64,000 nt of DNA from Lama guanicoe (Eukaryota): contig MU054400.1 in NCBI GenBank assembly GCA_013239625.1, positions 2,392,282-2,456,281 on the forward strand, read 5' to 3'. Both the position numbers and the translations under genes were made by a program. The first letter of the stretch is position 1; every line of letters begins with the position of its first letter. The notes beneath the pieces are model-generated. The model worked only from the letters and a program-made list of their open reading frames with translations. It searched no databases and was not told the DNA's origin. Below are positions 49,301 through 62,475 of the stretch, one piece after another.

Positions 49301-50539
49301 TGTGTGATACAGGGATATTTTCCCATTCCAGTCTCTTTCTATTAAAAAAACAAGGTTTCTCTCTTCAATTCTTTGCTTTCTAATTAAATTTTTGTATTTA
49401 TCAAAGGAGTATCTGAATCTAGTCTTAAAACTCAAATACATTGTCTTTAAAAAAAAACCTTAAAAAATTTTTTTCTGATTAGAAAAGCAGTGTATTTTAA
49501 TTGAAGAAAATTTAGAAAAATGCAAAAAGGTCTAAAGGAAAAATTTAAATCTAGCATGCTTCTTATCAAATGATAACTTCATCTCTAATTTTAAACACAA
49601 GAAACACCAAAGCCTGAGGCCACGTGTTTTTGGTTGAACAATTGATCTGCATGATATATTTATATCAAGTGAAAGGTTTTTAATAACTGAATATGTTTTA
49701 AATGCCCTAATGACTTATCATTTAATGTTCCACATTTCATGTTTATACCCTGTATGCAAAAAAATCATTAACATATCTGAATACTGGAAATCTGGAACAG
49801 GTTAGGTCCCATATGTTTGAGTCAATGGTCTTTTTTCATACTTCTTGTTAATCACCTTATTCTTTTTATATACTTAAAAAAATAAAATGTGATAACTAAT
49901 GTATATTTTAAAAGCTTAACTAAAAGATTAGGTAGTACTAAAATTCTCCATCTCTTTTTCACCCTGTGTCCCCCTTCTCAAAAGCAAATACTTAAAAATG
50001 TTTTTAACGATTTATTTCAGTATTTGCTGCCATTTAAAGTATGTGATTATGCTGCCATTTCTGAATTTATTAAATTTAGACATTGTCTCTTGACTCCCTG
50101 TTTGGCTAATGAGGATTTAGATTTCTTATGGTCTCACTCTCCTGCCCCTTATCACACACACTTTATCCCTTCTTCCTATTTTATTTTGTATCAAACATTC
50201 TTTTACAAAATCATTATTATGCCTGAGCTCTAGGGCCAAATACTGTGCTATAATTACACCCCACCAGATCTGCCCCACACTGATCGATTTTGTTTTCCAG
50301 ATAGTCAAAAACATCAGATAACTCATCCAACAATTTCTCCCCCTTGCAGACCTCCGTCCCCAAATCCTCCATTTTTCAGTTCCAAATTGGATGGCCGTGC
50401 CCAGCACCAGCCGATCAGTGGGCACCTTAAGGTTATACTTCGCATCATCCTGAGCTTTTCTGTGCCATTTTCTGGGTTGGAATTCTTTTTTCTGGGTCCC
50501 TTGTCTTCTTTCTTGGTTTAGTTCCTTCTTTCTCTACTA

Positions 50540-50730
50540 CTTATAAGCTGTGAGATTTTGGGACAAATCACCTCAATTCTCTGAACCCAGTTTCCTCCTT
50601 AAAGAAATGGAGATGTTAACAGTATCCACCCCACAGGAGTGCAGGGAGGAGTAAACCAATTAACAAATGCGAACCACTTTCAAGAGTACCTGGTACAAAA
50701 AGTGCCAGATGGGTATCAGTTACTATTTCG
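50540..50730 (+). mobile_element. MIR SINE
   Basis: agctgtgagattttgggacaaatca...tctctgaacccagtttcctc...aaatggagat...gtacctggtaca. Confidence 0.7.
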
Positions 50731-51794
50731 TTAGAATAGCTCCTCCATTAACTTCCTTAAAAAGGGTCCATGGGAGGTAACTTTTTGTGAACCTATCTAA
50801 AAATCATTTTCTCCATTTTCCTTGATTGATCAGTTGATTGAGTAGAGTTCTAGTTTGAAAGTAACTTTCATTCGGAATTTTGAAGGCATCGCTCTATTAA
50901 CATCTTCAAGCTGATGTTAATCTCACGGCCAGTTCTTTGTATGAGTCATTATTTTTCTCTGAAGGTTTATTTTGGAATGCAATTATCATGATTCTTTATT
51001 CATTCATTATGCAGGGAATTTTCAGTCGGAAGTGTTTTACCATTATTGTCATGATTGTTCAGAATTTCTGCTCCTCCACTCTTTCACTCTCTCTTTTATT
51101 GGATGTTGGACTTCATGGATTGATTCTCAGGAACCCTTATCTTTCCCCCCTTATCATCCATCTTTCTGTTTCTCTTTTTGATTCTCTCTGGTCAGTTTTT
51201 ATGACTCCATCTTGTAACATTTCTGATGAGCTCTGTTTTATGTTTTGATCTTGCCAGCCGCTGAGTGCTGCAAAGGCAGCCACTGAGTAGCCTGGGCCAT
51301 CACTTCCCCCTTAGACTACTTATGATTTCCTTATTAAGGATGGAGATAATCTGTGCACAATTTGCCTAGTTTCATTATTCTCTCACTATCCTTTTGTTTC
51401 GTTTTGTTTTGCCTTTAAGTTGCAGTTACATAAATACTGAAAATCATATGTGTGTTTTACTTAACAATTGAAGTAATTGTGTAGAAGTCATTTAAATGCT
51501 AAGACCTGGGAGAATTTGTCCTGAGGGACACCTGTAGAACCAAAACCTGTTAGGACGAGTAGCGGAGTGTAAACATCTGCGGAGAAACTTTTCTGTTGCT
51601 TTCGGGTTCACCTGATTCCTGGGGAGTTAGCCCCAGCTAACGGCTCAGTGAGGGCCGTTCAGCATCCAGCAACTACACAGGCTTGCTGAGGTGGGTTCCA
51701 AAAGGACTTAATTTTACTACCTCTTCCATTTACAAAGATGGCTGGAGAAGGAGGGAGACAGGGGGCAGCAGGATTCTTGGGATAGTAATATTCC

Positions 51795-51935
51795 TGTTGC
51801 TGAATCAAACTTGGGTCGACTTGCCTGTGTCCAGTAAAGCCAATCTACTGACACAGGGTTGTGGTGAAGGAAAGTGCAATGTTTCCTGCAAGGCCAAGCA
51901 AGGAGTATGGGTGGCTAATGCTCAAAAGACCTGAA
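51795..51935 (-). mobile_element. Truncated ERV1 LTR related to 19795-20417
   Basis: tgttgctgaatcaaacttgggtc...aagccaatctactgacac...gaaggaaagtgca aligns by eye with 19795-19940. Confidence 0.75.
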
Positions 51936-52167
51936 GTTTTTGCTTGGCCTCGCAATAAACACCAGTGAGCACTGGTACTAATTCTGCTGGAACCTCTGTG
52001 TAAACCGGGATTGCCCCTGGCAAATAATGGCATGAGTCACTCTGAGCCATGTGACTGCTTTCCAGGAGTGGAGGTCACCTCAGGGCTCTACCCTTGTGCC
52101 CCAGAGTGGGTCTGGGCACCCGAAAGTGGTCCATGTAGTGAATTTTGGAGATTAAAAACCCCTAGAC

Positions 52168-52992
52168 TAGCAATGTCTGATAGAAGTGTAATGCAAGCCA
52201 CATGTGTCATTAAAAATTTTTCTATTAAACACATTAAAAAGGTAAAGAAACCAGTGAGATTAATCTGAATACTATATTGGATTCCATCCAATATATCCAT
52301 GTGCTAGGCAGAGTAATGGCCTCCAAAGATGCCCCCGTCCTAAATTTGGCCACCTGTGGTATGTTACCCTACATGACAAGAGGAACTTTGCAGATGCTAT
52401 GAAGTTATGGACCTTGAGATGGGAAGATAAATCTGGATTATACTGGATGATCTGGGCCCGATCTAATCACATGGATTGTTAAAAGCTGAAGTCCCTTTCT
52501 GGCTATGGTCAGAGAAACATGGGCAGACAGATGGAGTGTTGGGGGCTTTGAATATGGAGGAACGGGGCCATGAATCAAGGGCTGTGGGCACCCTCTGGAA
52601 ACTGGACAAGGCCAGGAAACAGATTCTCTGCTGTGGTCTGTGGGAGAACACAGCCCTGTCAATCAACACCTGGCTCTTAGTTCAGTGAGACCCATTTCAG
52701 ATTTCCAACCTGTGTGACTGTAATAGAAAAAATTAGTATTGTTTTAGGCCACGAAATTTAGTAGAAATTTGTTACACTAGCAATAAGAAACTAGTGTAAT
52801 CCAACACATTCTCATTTCAACATTTGATCATATGAAAAATATTAACAAGATATTTTACATTCTCTATTTCATGCTAAGTCTTCAAAGTCTCATGTGTATT
52901 TTAAAGCACAGCTCAGATCTCAATTCAGGCTGTCCCTGTTTCAAGTACTAGCAGCCACACGTGACTGGCAGCTACCATACAGAAGAACATAG
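52168..52992 (+). mobile_element. MER33 (hAT-Charlie) split by an MLT1D insertion
   Basis: atagaagtgtaatgcaagccacat...ccaatatatcca|acacattctcatttcaacat...gcagctaccatac; 8-bp TSD-like ccctagac / ttctagac. Confidence 0.8.
52300..52798 (+). mobile_element. MLT1D-like solo LTR
   Basis: tgtgctaggcagagtaatggcctccaaagatg...tttgttacactagcaataagaaactagtgta; perfect 5-bp TSD atcca at 52295-52299 and 52799-52803. Confidence 0.88.
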
Positions 52993-53114
52993 TTCTAGAC
53001 ATGTTGCTCCAGGATTCTGAAATCCGAGTTCCCCAGGACTGATTAATCCCAGCTCGAAGCATCTGCAGAGCATCTTTCTAGGGCAGCCCTATTTCTAGCC
53101 GGTGGCACTTTGCA

Positions 53115-53150
53115 TGTGTGTGAGTATGTGTGTGTGTGTGTGTATGTGTG
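53115..53150 (+). repeat. (TG)n microsatellite, interrupted
   Basis: tgtgtgtgagtatgtgtgtgtgtgtgtgtatgtgtg. Confidence 0.9.
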
Positions 53151-53409
53151 GGTTACCTCTATGAGCCGTGCCTGTGGGTGGCAGGGCAGGGCCAGCAGCC
53201 TTGGCAGACATCCCAGATGCCCCAGGGAAAAAAGGGACAATTTTTGCCAGTCCTAGTTGTCCTCCCAGCAGGAACCAGCTTGCAAACTGATCTGCTAAAG
53301 ATCCTTTATCACTGCTCCCAGTCCTGCCAGCCTTGGCCAGCAGCTATTTCTGGGTCTCCACAGAGGCCAGTGTTGACTCATAGAAGGTCCACATTCCATT
53401 TGTTTTTAA

Positions 53410-53660
53410 TTAAAAAAATTTTTTATTCTAGCTTTGTTGAGATATAATTGACGTATTAACATTGTGTAAGTTTAAGGCGTACCATGATCTGATAGGTGCA
53501 TATTGTGAAATGTTTACTACAATAAGGCTACTTAACACGTTTCATGTAGCATAATCACCCTTTTATTGTTGTTGTTTTTGTTGTTGTTTTGGTGAGAACA
53601 TTAAAGCTCTACTCAGATAGCAGCTTTTAAGTATACAGCGCAGTATTAACTCCAGCCCCA
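53410..53660 (-). mobile_element. L1 3' UTR fragment
   Basis: gctttgttgagatataattgac...attgtgtaagtttaagg...ggtgagaacattaaagctctactc. Confidence 0.75.
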
Positions 53661-54660
53661 TATTCCATTTTGATCTGCCTTCACCCACACTGCACTGGAG
53701 CAGACAGAGACAGTGGCCAGGAGGCTTGAATTGAGGACAGGTCAGTGCACATTCATGCAGAGGGGGACATGAGCATTCAGATCGTTCCTCCAGGCTTCTT
53801 CTAAAGCGTGAGCCACCATGATCAGGTCACACAAGGAATGGGCTAGCCCGGCCGCAGGACCAGGCAGCTAATATATCTCTTTAATTTGTTGGCATAACCT
53901 GTCAGTAAAACAGGCAGGGAGCAGTGGGCGCTGTGTTCCTAACTCCCCCTATAATGGCTCTTTATAATATTAGATGTGCAGAAAGGTCACAAGGAACATG
54001 TTGCACTGGCTAAGGCTGTCCTGCTGTCACAAAGCAAGCAGACAAAACCCTCCTTCCTTGAAGAAGTACATACTATTCTCGCCTCTGATTAGATTTCCTT
54101 GAGAAATGACCCTTCACCAGGGCAAGTGATCCTAACGTCCATCTGTTTCTTCTGGGTCCCTGCTTCTGACTGTAATTCATTTCTCTCTGGCACATGTTGT
54201 TTTGTATTTCTGATTAGACTTGGGTGAAAAACAAGGTGGCTGCTGACTTTCTTGGTACCATTTGCTCATGAAATCCATGCTGTTGGTGATTCTGCAGTGC
54301 ATTCAGAGGAACCGGCCTTCTAGTTAAGGATTTTCACAAGATCCGTGTTATGCAGAAGGATAATCGTTTCCTGAGTCGGGGTCCTGTATCTGAGGGGGGG
54401 CGATGGCATGGTGTAGGTGATCACAACTGCAGAAAGAATGGTTCATTTAATAGTTATGGTCTAGCGTTTTCCCAGGGAGATAGGCAAGTTGCTTCTCCCT
54501 GCAAGTCTACAAAGCGCTGTACACACGAAGGAAGGTTATCCATTAAACTGGATATAGGAAATTTTGCCAGGGAGAGTCTAGTCTTAATAGCAGCGTGTTC
54601 TTACGCTTAGCCTGCCAGCAGATTATAATGTAGGCTCCCCCTAAGTTTTCAGTGTGACTC

Positions 54661-54686
54661 TGTGTGTGTGTGTGTGTGTGTGTGTA
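54661..54686 (+). repeat. (TG)n microsatellite
   Basis: Perfect TG run. Confidence 0.95.
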
Positions 54687-55249
54687 TGAGCAGTGGAGGG
54701 GTAGCAGTGTTCTCAAGAGGATAAAAGAGAGAGCATGGAGCATTCTCACTCTACATTTTTTCTCGTCCTTCCATCTCAAGGAGCTTTTACAAGTTCTGTG
54801 ATCATGAAATCTACTGATGAAAGCTCTAGCCATTTTCGAACATGAGTGGGTTACTGAAAGGCAAGGTGTGAGCTCACGGTGGATGTCTTATTCTGGGGAA
54901 TAATGGATGAGGCTCCTGGCTGGATGGCAGGGTTGAGAGACCCTTACATAGAAGAGCTCAGCAGACTTTCACCCCACCTCTTTGGGCAAATACCCAGGAC
55001 CACCATGTTGCTACATGCTTGGGGCCACTTGGGACTACTTGTAACTCGGCCCAAGGGCCACCCCTTGGCCAGGAATTCCTCAAGCTCTTGCTTGTAACCA
55101 AGGCATTGTACTTGGCATTCAAAGCCTTCCGGGACTGGCCACAACTCTGTTCTATAAGCTTGCTTGCTTCCATGCCCTCCCTGTACCCTGTGCTCCAAGC
55201 CCATTAAATGACTCCCTTTTCTCACACTCCCCCACTCTGCCATTGCTCA

Positions 55250-55545
55250 CACCCGTTGTTTTTTAGAATGCCCTCTCTTTTCTAACTCCGCATTCTTTCA
55301 GGGTTAACGTGTCTGTTACCTCCCCATAAAGCCATGCCCCATCTCTCTCCAGCTCAATGTTACCTCTTCCTCTTCAGAACTCTATCCCTCTCTCATGAAA
55401 ATCTCTTACTCCCTTTGAGTAGCTATTTATGTTCATGTTTCTAGAACATAAGTTTCTTGAGGGTAGGGTCCATGTGAAATTTATCTGCCCCGTGGGTGAC
55501 ATCCTACAGATAGCAGGTCACTGTTTATTGGGTAAATGAATGAAC
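55250..55545 (+). mobile_element. L2 3' fragment
   Basis: tagaatgccctctc...ctagaacataagtttcttgagggtaggg...tttattgggtaaatgaatgaa. Confidence 0.65.
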
Positions 55546-55584
55546 ATGGTGCTGATCAAAAGCCGTTGAGATGAGCCCTCTTGG

Positions 55585-55790
55585 GGCAATGTTTGTCAAA
55601 GTGAGTTCCAAGGACCATTTCCTTGGGGACAGGAGGTTGTTGAGAAATGCAGATTCACGGACTGCACTAAGACCTACTGAACCAGGCTCTGCGGGAGGTG
55701 ATGTCTGGGAATCTGATCTTTAAATGAGATCTTTGGGAATTCTGATCTTTGAGAGCCTCCTGAGGTTTGCAGGGTATGTTCAGCCTGGTT
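55585..55790. mobile_element. MER5-like hAT element
   Basis: gtcaaagtgagttcc...aaatgcagattc...agacctactgaacca...gggaatctg...tttaa. Confidence 0.7.
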
Positions 55791-57134
55791 GGGGTTAGGT
55801 TCTCTAAAACAAGGATCTAGAGAGAGACAGGACTGGGGGGCTAAAGAAATTCTGTTCCACTGATGTGCCAGAGAGGGCTTTTGTATCAGCTTTAAAGCTG
55901 GGAAGGACGAACTGCAGTGACTTTTGGTTAAGATCTGTGGGAGCCCAGCATCCAATGCAGGGAATCCTTCTAAGTCAGGGAGAAAAATATATCCTGGGCA
56001 GACAGTTCAATCTGTGTGTGCCTGTAAACCAAAGTGTCGTCAAGGTTTGGCTCCAGTTTAGGAGAACCAGGTTAGAAAACTCAAAGGTCACTGGTTTAAT
56101 GAACAGAATTGGGTGTTTACTTATTAGTGTAAAAAAAAAAATTTTTTTTTAAATGAGTAAAGCAACTGAGGGAAATCAGCCAGACTTTAGACCTCAGGCT
56201 AGAAAAGCAGCTCATTTGGGATGCAAAAGAAAACACAAAGCATTCAATGGAACATTTTAAATGCTTTTAAAATTTAAATAGGAAATGGGAAATGGGTTTC
56301 CGTGGACTTTAGTTACTATGGCCAATGGGTAACTAAGAAGGTACTCTGCTCGTCCCTACTGATTTTTCCAGGTGATTTTAACCAAGTAGAAAAGCCATCG
56401 AGAGAGAGAGAGAGAAAAAAAAAATGTAGCCAGCCTAGCAACATAGGGAGAAAAGCAAATAAAAAGAAAGGCACTTCACCCTTTACATAAAAAGCTTTTT
56501 CCCGAAGAAAAGTAGTGTGGTGGTCGGGGTTGTCAGAAAAGGCAAAAAGGGACAAGTACTTTAAAAACGATGGCATAATGGGGCTGCTTCTAATATTTAG
56601 AAAGACAGAGAATTATGGGAGTTGAGCTGCAGAGAAAATGGCTCAAGGTTCTATTTTCAGCTTTCCAACAGGTCAGAGGTAGCTAATGAGGGCTGTCGGC
56701 AGGGCGGCTGTCACGATTCTGGCTGAACTGGCTGTATGAGCTTCCTGTACTAAAAGCAGAGCCCAGCGGAGCCTTCTCAGAGTGGAAGCAGCAGGTAGAG
56801 TGGCCTCTGGGACCCGTTTTTCTAAATACTGCATTCTTCTTTTTCCTTTTAATTTTCAACTTGATATCCATTAGGACGAAATTTACCTGGTTGGGTCGTT
56901 CAGTCAGAAGTTACTGAGTTTCCATTTGGCCAAAGGCTGTGTATCTACCAGCCATGCAAGAACCCCCTGTTACCTCTGAGCGCTCAGAAGACCACTGCAG
57001 GGGCCCCAGGAGTCCTTTCAATTCTTCCTTCTGTATGGTGGGGTCGACAGGAAGACTTGTTGGGGCTGTCCTAAGAGTTGCACTTGAACTGGAATGTCTA
57101 AATCTGTTGTTTGCTTGAGGCCAAATTCTGGCAC

Positions 57135-57179
57135 TGTGTGTGTATGTGTGTGTGTGTGTGTGTGCACGCGCGCGTGTGT
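57135..57179 (+). repeat. Alternating purine-pyrimidine tract (TG)n-(CG)n
   Basis: tgtgtgtgtatgtg...tgtgcacgcgcgcgtgtgt. Confidence 0.9.
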
Positions 57180-59900
57180 TCTCTGGGGTATGTGGTATTT
57201 ATTTTCTCTCCCTCTCACATCCTGGGCCAATTTGCCTTATCCAGGTTAATTGCACATCTTTGTTATTATTCTCGAAATTAGGCCATCCTGGCCATCAGAC
57301 AGAGCCACCTCAGCTCTGAGTAATCATCTGAACGTTTTGCTCAGGGGCACAGAGGCAGACATATTCAGACGCATCTTCCTTCTCAGGCTTTCCAGCTGTA
57401 CTTGCTTGTAGGATAGACAAATTCAGGTTTTTCCTGCTGTCTTAATTATGCCACTCTCATCTTGAAAAAGCAAGCAGTAGAGAGTACAACATGTACCGTA
57501 CGTGGCTAGCAAGAATACCGGATCACCCTTGTTCCTGGTGGGGGTGGGCGCCTGATGCTTCGTGTAGCTGAGAGGGCCCTATTTGATGTCCCCTATCTAA
57601 CAGTGAACTCAGCAACCATTGCTCAACAAACAGCCTCACTGTGTGGGCTCACTGTTGCAGAGTCATGGCCCCCAGGATGGAGAGTGAGACTAAAGTGGAT
57701 GGGTGGGGAGATGGGATCAGGCCCCGCTGTCACCTAGTTGCTGTGACAATACCCAGCTCATGGGATTGCAGCTGAAGCAGGTACTTAGATCGGGCTCCTC
57801 TGGGGAGGATTAAATCCAGTTCTTGTTTCTGAATGTGTGAGCCCGGCATCGTAACTTTGACTAATGAGTGTTAAAAGAGAAATCGGAGTCCTGGATGATC
57901 ACCTATGAAGAGCTCGTCAGGGAAAAACAAATTACACAGTACCAGTGCTGACTTTACCAGTCATTTAGTCTCACCCACGTCCCTGGGGCTTGTGAATTTA
58001 TGACAAGCTGCATTAATGTCTATCAATGACTTTGGAAAGTGGAGGGCACCATGAATGCCCTAACACTCACTCCTCCTTCCATCTCCGAGCGCTGGTCAAA
58101 GTCTTGGCATTACTCTTCCGCACTTACTTACTCTTGGTCTCAAACTTGTGCAGTCTGTTCTTCTCTATTTACTTATGGTATGGTTTTGGGATCAGGATAT
58201 TAGCTACAGAGATTTCGATTCTTAAAAATAATTTGCCAATGTAACATCCCGTAGATTACTTCCTGGTTGGATGGATTAAGCTCTTCTCTGCCTTAATCCA
58301 GGGGGTGATCATAGCATCACTAATGGTAGGCAGCCAAGTGTTACATGTCCCCTGAGGTGGTACAATATGAAGTATGCTACAGCTCCTCTGATGGGTTCTA
58401 GCTGGGAAGTGTTTGTGTCTAATCCTTTGGGTCTAATTTCCAGTTTACAGGGAATCTGGGGGTGGGGGAACAAGCTTAATGACAGGTAGCCTAAGAAAGC
58501 AACAAAGCAAATAAATCCAGAGGCTAGGACTTCAGCTGGAGAACTGGCTGGCTGTCTTCAAGGACTCAGTGATGTGTAACAAGAGATGAGTGTCCTAGAT
58601 TAAAAGAAAATTAAAGAATATAATAATCTGATATAATGCTTGGTCCTGAACTGGATGCTGGGTTAGCTAAACTAGCAGCGACACACATTTTGGGTACAAT
58701 GAGGGTGGGGGTTTGAAAGGTATATAGATTAGAAGAAAATTTATTAATATATGATATATATGTGATACATATATGTACATAGAAGGAAACTGTGGAAGGA
58801 TACACACATAGGTGGTAACTGTGGTAACCCTGGAGAAGAATATGATGTTCTGACTTTCCCTTTTTTCCTTATTGACATTTTCCATTTTTCCAGCTTTGCG
58901 ATATTATTGACACTCAACACAGTCTAAGTTTAAGATGTACAATGTGATGATTAGCTACACAGGTATGTTGAAAAATGATCTGATTTTTCATTTTTATTTA
59001 TTTATTTATTTTCTATCAAATTTTTTAATAGTGAAAAGATACTGCTTTTGTAATCACAGAAGTCTGTTCAAACCAACCAACCAACCAGTCAACCAAGAAA
59101 TGCATCTCTGTGTAGCAATAACGAAAGGGGACGGGGAAGCCGGGTCCCACAAGCTGCTAGTGGGCTAACACAAAGGATGTGCGAACAACATCCTCCCTGC
59201 CAGCTGTCAGTTATCAGGGCGTCCCCAGCAGAGATCGTAATTTTACAGTCACGTAGACCCACCCAGGCATAGGAGAACAACTTACAATTTGTTGCCACGT
59301 AATGGGATGTGAGAGTGACTTCCCACCAACGATGATTTTTGACGGATGGGGACTGCTGGGATGGAGGCTCAGGGCCTGAGCGCCATCGGAAGGGCCGGGT
59401 AGTGTCTCTCTATGCATGCCTTGTTCTAGGTAGGAAGCATCCCTTCAACACAGGCTCCTGGGAGCTTTGCACACTGCCTGGTTAATTCCTCAGGGCCAGA
59501 TTTTATCAGTGACATTTCCCCTCAGCTGAAGCTTTTCCTGAGAGGAGTGTTCTGTCAGAGGCAGATGGATGGCACGCAGTTTTCCACCCAAACACTGAAT
59601 GATATCTTATGCTGAAATGACACCCAGAAGGTTCTCTGCTGTAACCAATGAGTCCTTTCTCTCAGGCAGGTTAGCAATACTGAATGACACCTTCTGAATA
59701 TTCAAATGAAGGGATGATGGAAATAGCTTCTCTAATCCTTTTCTGATGGTAACTATAGCACGAGGGAAAACAAAACCCAGAACGAGGTGAAGAGGAATCA
59801 GAGCGTCACGTCTCAGAAAAACTGGGGGGAAAATCTACTCTTAAAATGATACTTTAAAAAATACTCTCTTGCAATAAATTAACCTTAAAAAAAGAGGGAA

Positions 59901-60276
59901 AAGAGAAAGAATACCATATAATATCACTTATACATGGAACCTAAAAAAAGGACACAAATGAACTTATTTACAAAACAGAAACAGACTGACAGGCATAGAA
60001 AACAAACTTATGATTACCAGTGTGGAAAGGGGGTGGGAAAGGATAAATGGGGAGTTCGAGATTTGCAGATATTATTATATGTAAAATAGATAAACAGCAA
60101 ATTTCTATTGTATAGCACGGGGAACTACATTCAATATCTTGTAGTAACCTATAATGAAAAAGAATATGAAAAAGAATACATGTATGTATATGTATGACTG
60201 AAACATTATGCTGTGCACCAGAAATTGACACAATATTGTAACTGTCTAGATGTCAATAAAAAAGGAAGAAAGAAAG
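59901..60276 (+). mobile_element. Short 5'-truncated L1 (3' UTR), related to 5141-6272
   Basis: gacacaaatgaacttatttacaaaacagaaacagac...gctgtgcaccagaaattgacaca...aataaa; 14-bp TSD aaaaaaa(g/c)agggaa at 59887-59900 and 60277-60290, at a TT/AAAA site. Confidence 0.92.
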
Positions 60277-61615
60277 AAAAAAACAGGGAAGAGATGGCTC
60301 ACAGCACAATGACTTCAGCCGTGATTTGCAGGGTCACATCCGCCCTGCGGGAGGGAGGTAGAAAGGCCCAGCGTACACTCCATTCCTTAGAGAAATCAGT
60401 TAAATTCAAATCAGATCATCTGGCCTGTCTAGCTGAGCCCCAGGACCTAGAGGGACCGAGTTGGCTAGTCTGCTTCCAAATGCATGGTATATGGCCATTA
60501 TGTGCAGATTATGATTTAGGGCGAGACTGTTTTTTCTTACAGAACAGCTCTGCTTGTGAAAGGCTCTTTGCTTGTGTGCATGGCTGACTTATTCAGACTC
60601 CAGATGTGTAATTTAAATTAGTTAGTGAAAAAGACCTAAATGCACAAAAGTAAAACTGTGGAGGGAGAAAATTAATGTTTACCTCTTGTAAGTTTGTTCA
60701 GCATCATTCTCTTGACCCTCTTTTGTCTCTTGATCACATTGACACTCAGGAGTGTCCATCTCAGCACAGTGATACCACTTAACACCGTCCAACTGCTTCT
60801 CACCACTGTGCCAAAATATTACGATGTCAAACGTATTAGCTTGAATCATATGATTTTTGTAGGTCAAATATGGCCAAATGGCAGCATTTTCATATAATTC
60901 AATCTAATAATTGGCCTTTTCCCTTAGAGGAGCTAAGACGTGAGTTGGGAGACAGAAGAGTAACGTATCAAAAGGTGCAAAATAATTGAGAACTGGAATT
61001 AAGAAACCTTTGTTTTGAAATCAATAATACCCACATTAGTAACACCTTAAAGTTTTTCCTGACTCCTTCTGTGAAGGTGGATCTTTTCCACTAGATGAAT
61101 CATCTGGCCGAATATTTAAGCCACAAAGGAAATCAACCTAATGACTGTATGCAACTCAGTTTTACCCCTAGATATTCTTATCTGCCTTCACCACCCACCT
61201 TATTCCCAAAAGCTCACTCTGGAGGTTTTCCACATACATGTCCACCCTCACACAACCAGGATTTATGCTCATGGTAGATATTTGGCAGGACACGGTGAAG
61301 CTCTGAAGGCAAGTCCCAAAGCAGAGCTAATGTTTGAGCTGCTGTAGTATCTCTGGCACGAATATGAAGCTTCCCAAAGTGACTGCTCACTCAGACGTGT
61401 AAGCGTTGATTGTGTTTCTTATAAAATCAGACCCATTACTTGATAGTCACACCTTCTGAGACAGGCTCGCCATCTCCAGAGTCCCAGGAGAGGCATTTTA
61501 CTCCTTCTGCCTGAATTTTATTTAATCTCATATTCCAGTGGAGTGGCGGATTCTTTTTCAAATTCTAGGGAGACTCAACCCTGGATCATCTGTTAAGGTT
61601 TTAAAATTTTGGTGG

Positions 61616-61740
61616 AGGGAGTGGGTAGGGTAGTGGTAGAGCTTAGCATGCACAAGATCCTGGTTCAATCCCTAGTACCTCCATTAAAAATAAATAAATA
61701 AATAAACCTACCCCCCACCCATCCTTAAAAAAAAAAAAAG
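61616..61740 (+). mobile_element. tRNA-Ala-derived SINE with a degenerate 5' end
   Basis: agtggtagagcttagcatgcacaagatcctggttcaatccctagtacctccattaaaaataaataaataaataaacctaccccc followed by poly-A. Confidence 0.85.
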
Positions 61741-62475
61741 GGTCATAGTGCCAATGTATGCATAGCCCTAAATTTGATAACTTAATGGAATAAGAAAAAG
61801 TCCCATTAAAAATAATAAATAAATAAATAAATAAATAAAATAAAAATCGTGGTGGGGGGTGTTTAAGACCATAGAAATCACGATGCTTCTCAGTTTTTGT
61901 CCTAGCCACTGCTGAATTTCTATTACAGACCCAGTGAAACTGCTGGAATCACACAGCATGATACTGGGCTGGTAATTTCTCTTTTTGCAAGTGATTTTTC
62001 TATCTGCAGGGTAAAGGACCATCATGACTTTCCTGACACAGTTAAATGAAAGATCAAAATTAGTCCAAACTGTCCTGAAAGTCAGATGACAGAAGTTCAG
62101 GTCTCAGTCCTGAACCTACTTTCTGTGTTAGCTTAGGCAAGTTAATTAACTTCTGGCTACATTACTTTCTTCCTTGGGAAAGAAAGGACGTTAAAGTAAA
62201 TAATCTCCCAGTTACCCTCCAACTCTAAAACAATACAAGTCTATGTACAACCTTGGCTTTTTAAGATACTCCATAATCCTTAAACATTCACTTTTGTAGA
62301 GAGTAAAAAAGAAGATAGCTCAGAAACAGGTAGGTTAGTAGGAAAATCCAGGTTTTAAAATGTTTATGGTAACTGAGTCAAACAGAAGTAATTTAATTTT
62401 TAAAAAAGATACTTTCATCTGTTTAAGAAATTATTGTATAAGAGGGCTCTGGCGATTCTGGAGGGTGGCTCCCAA

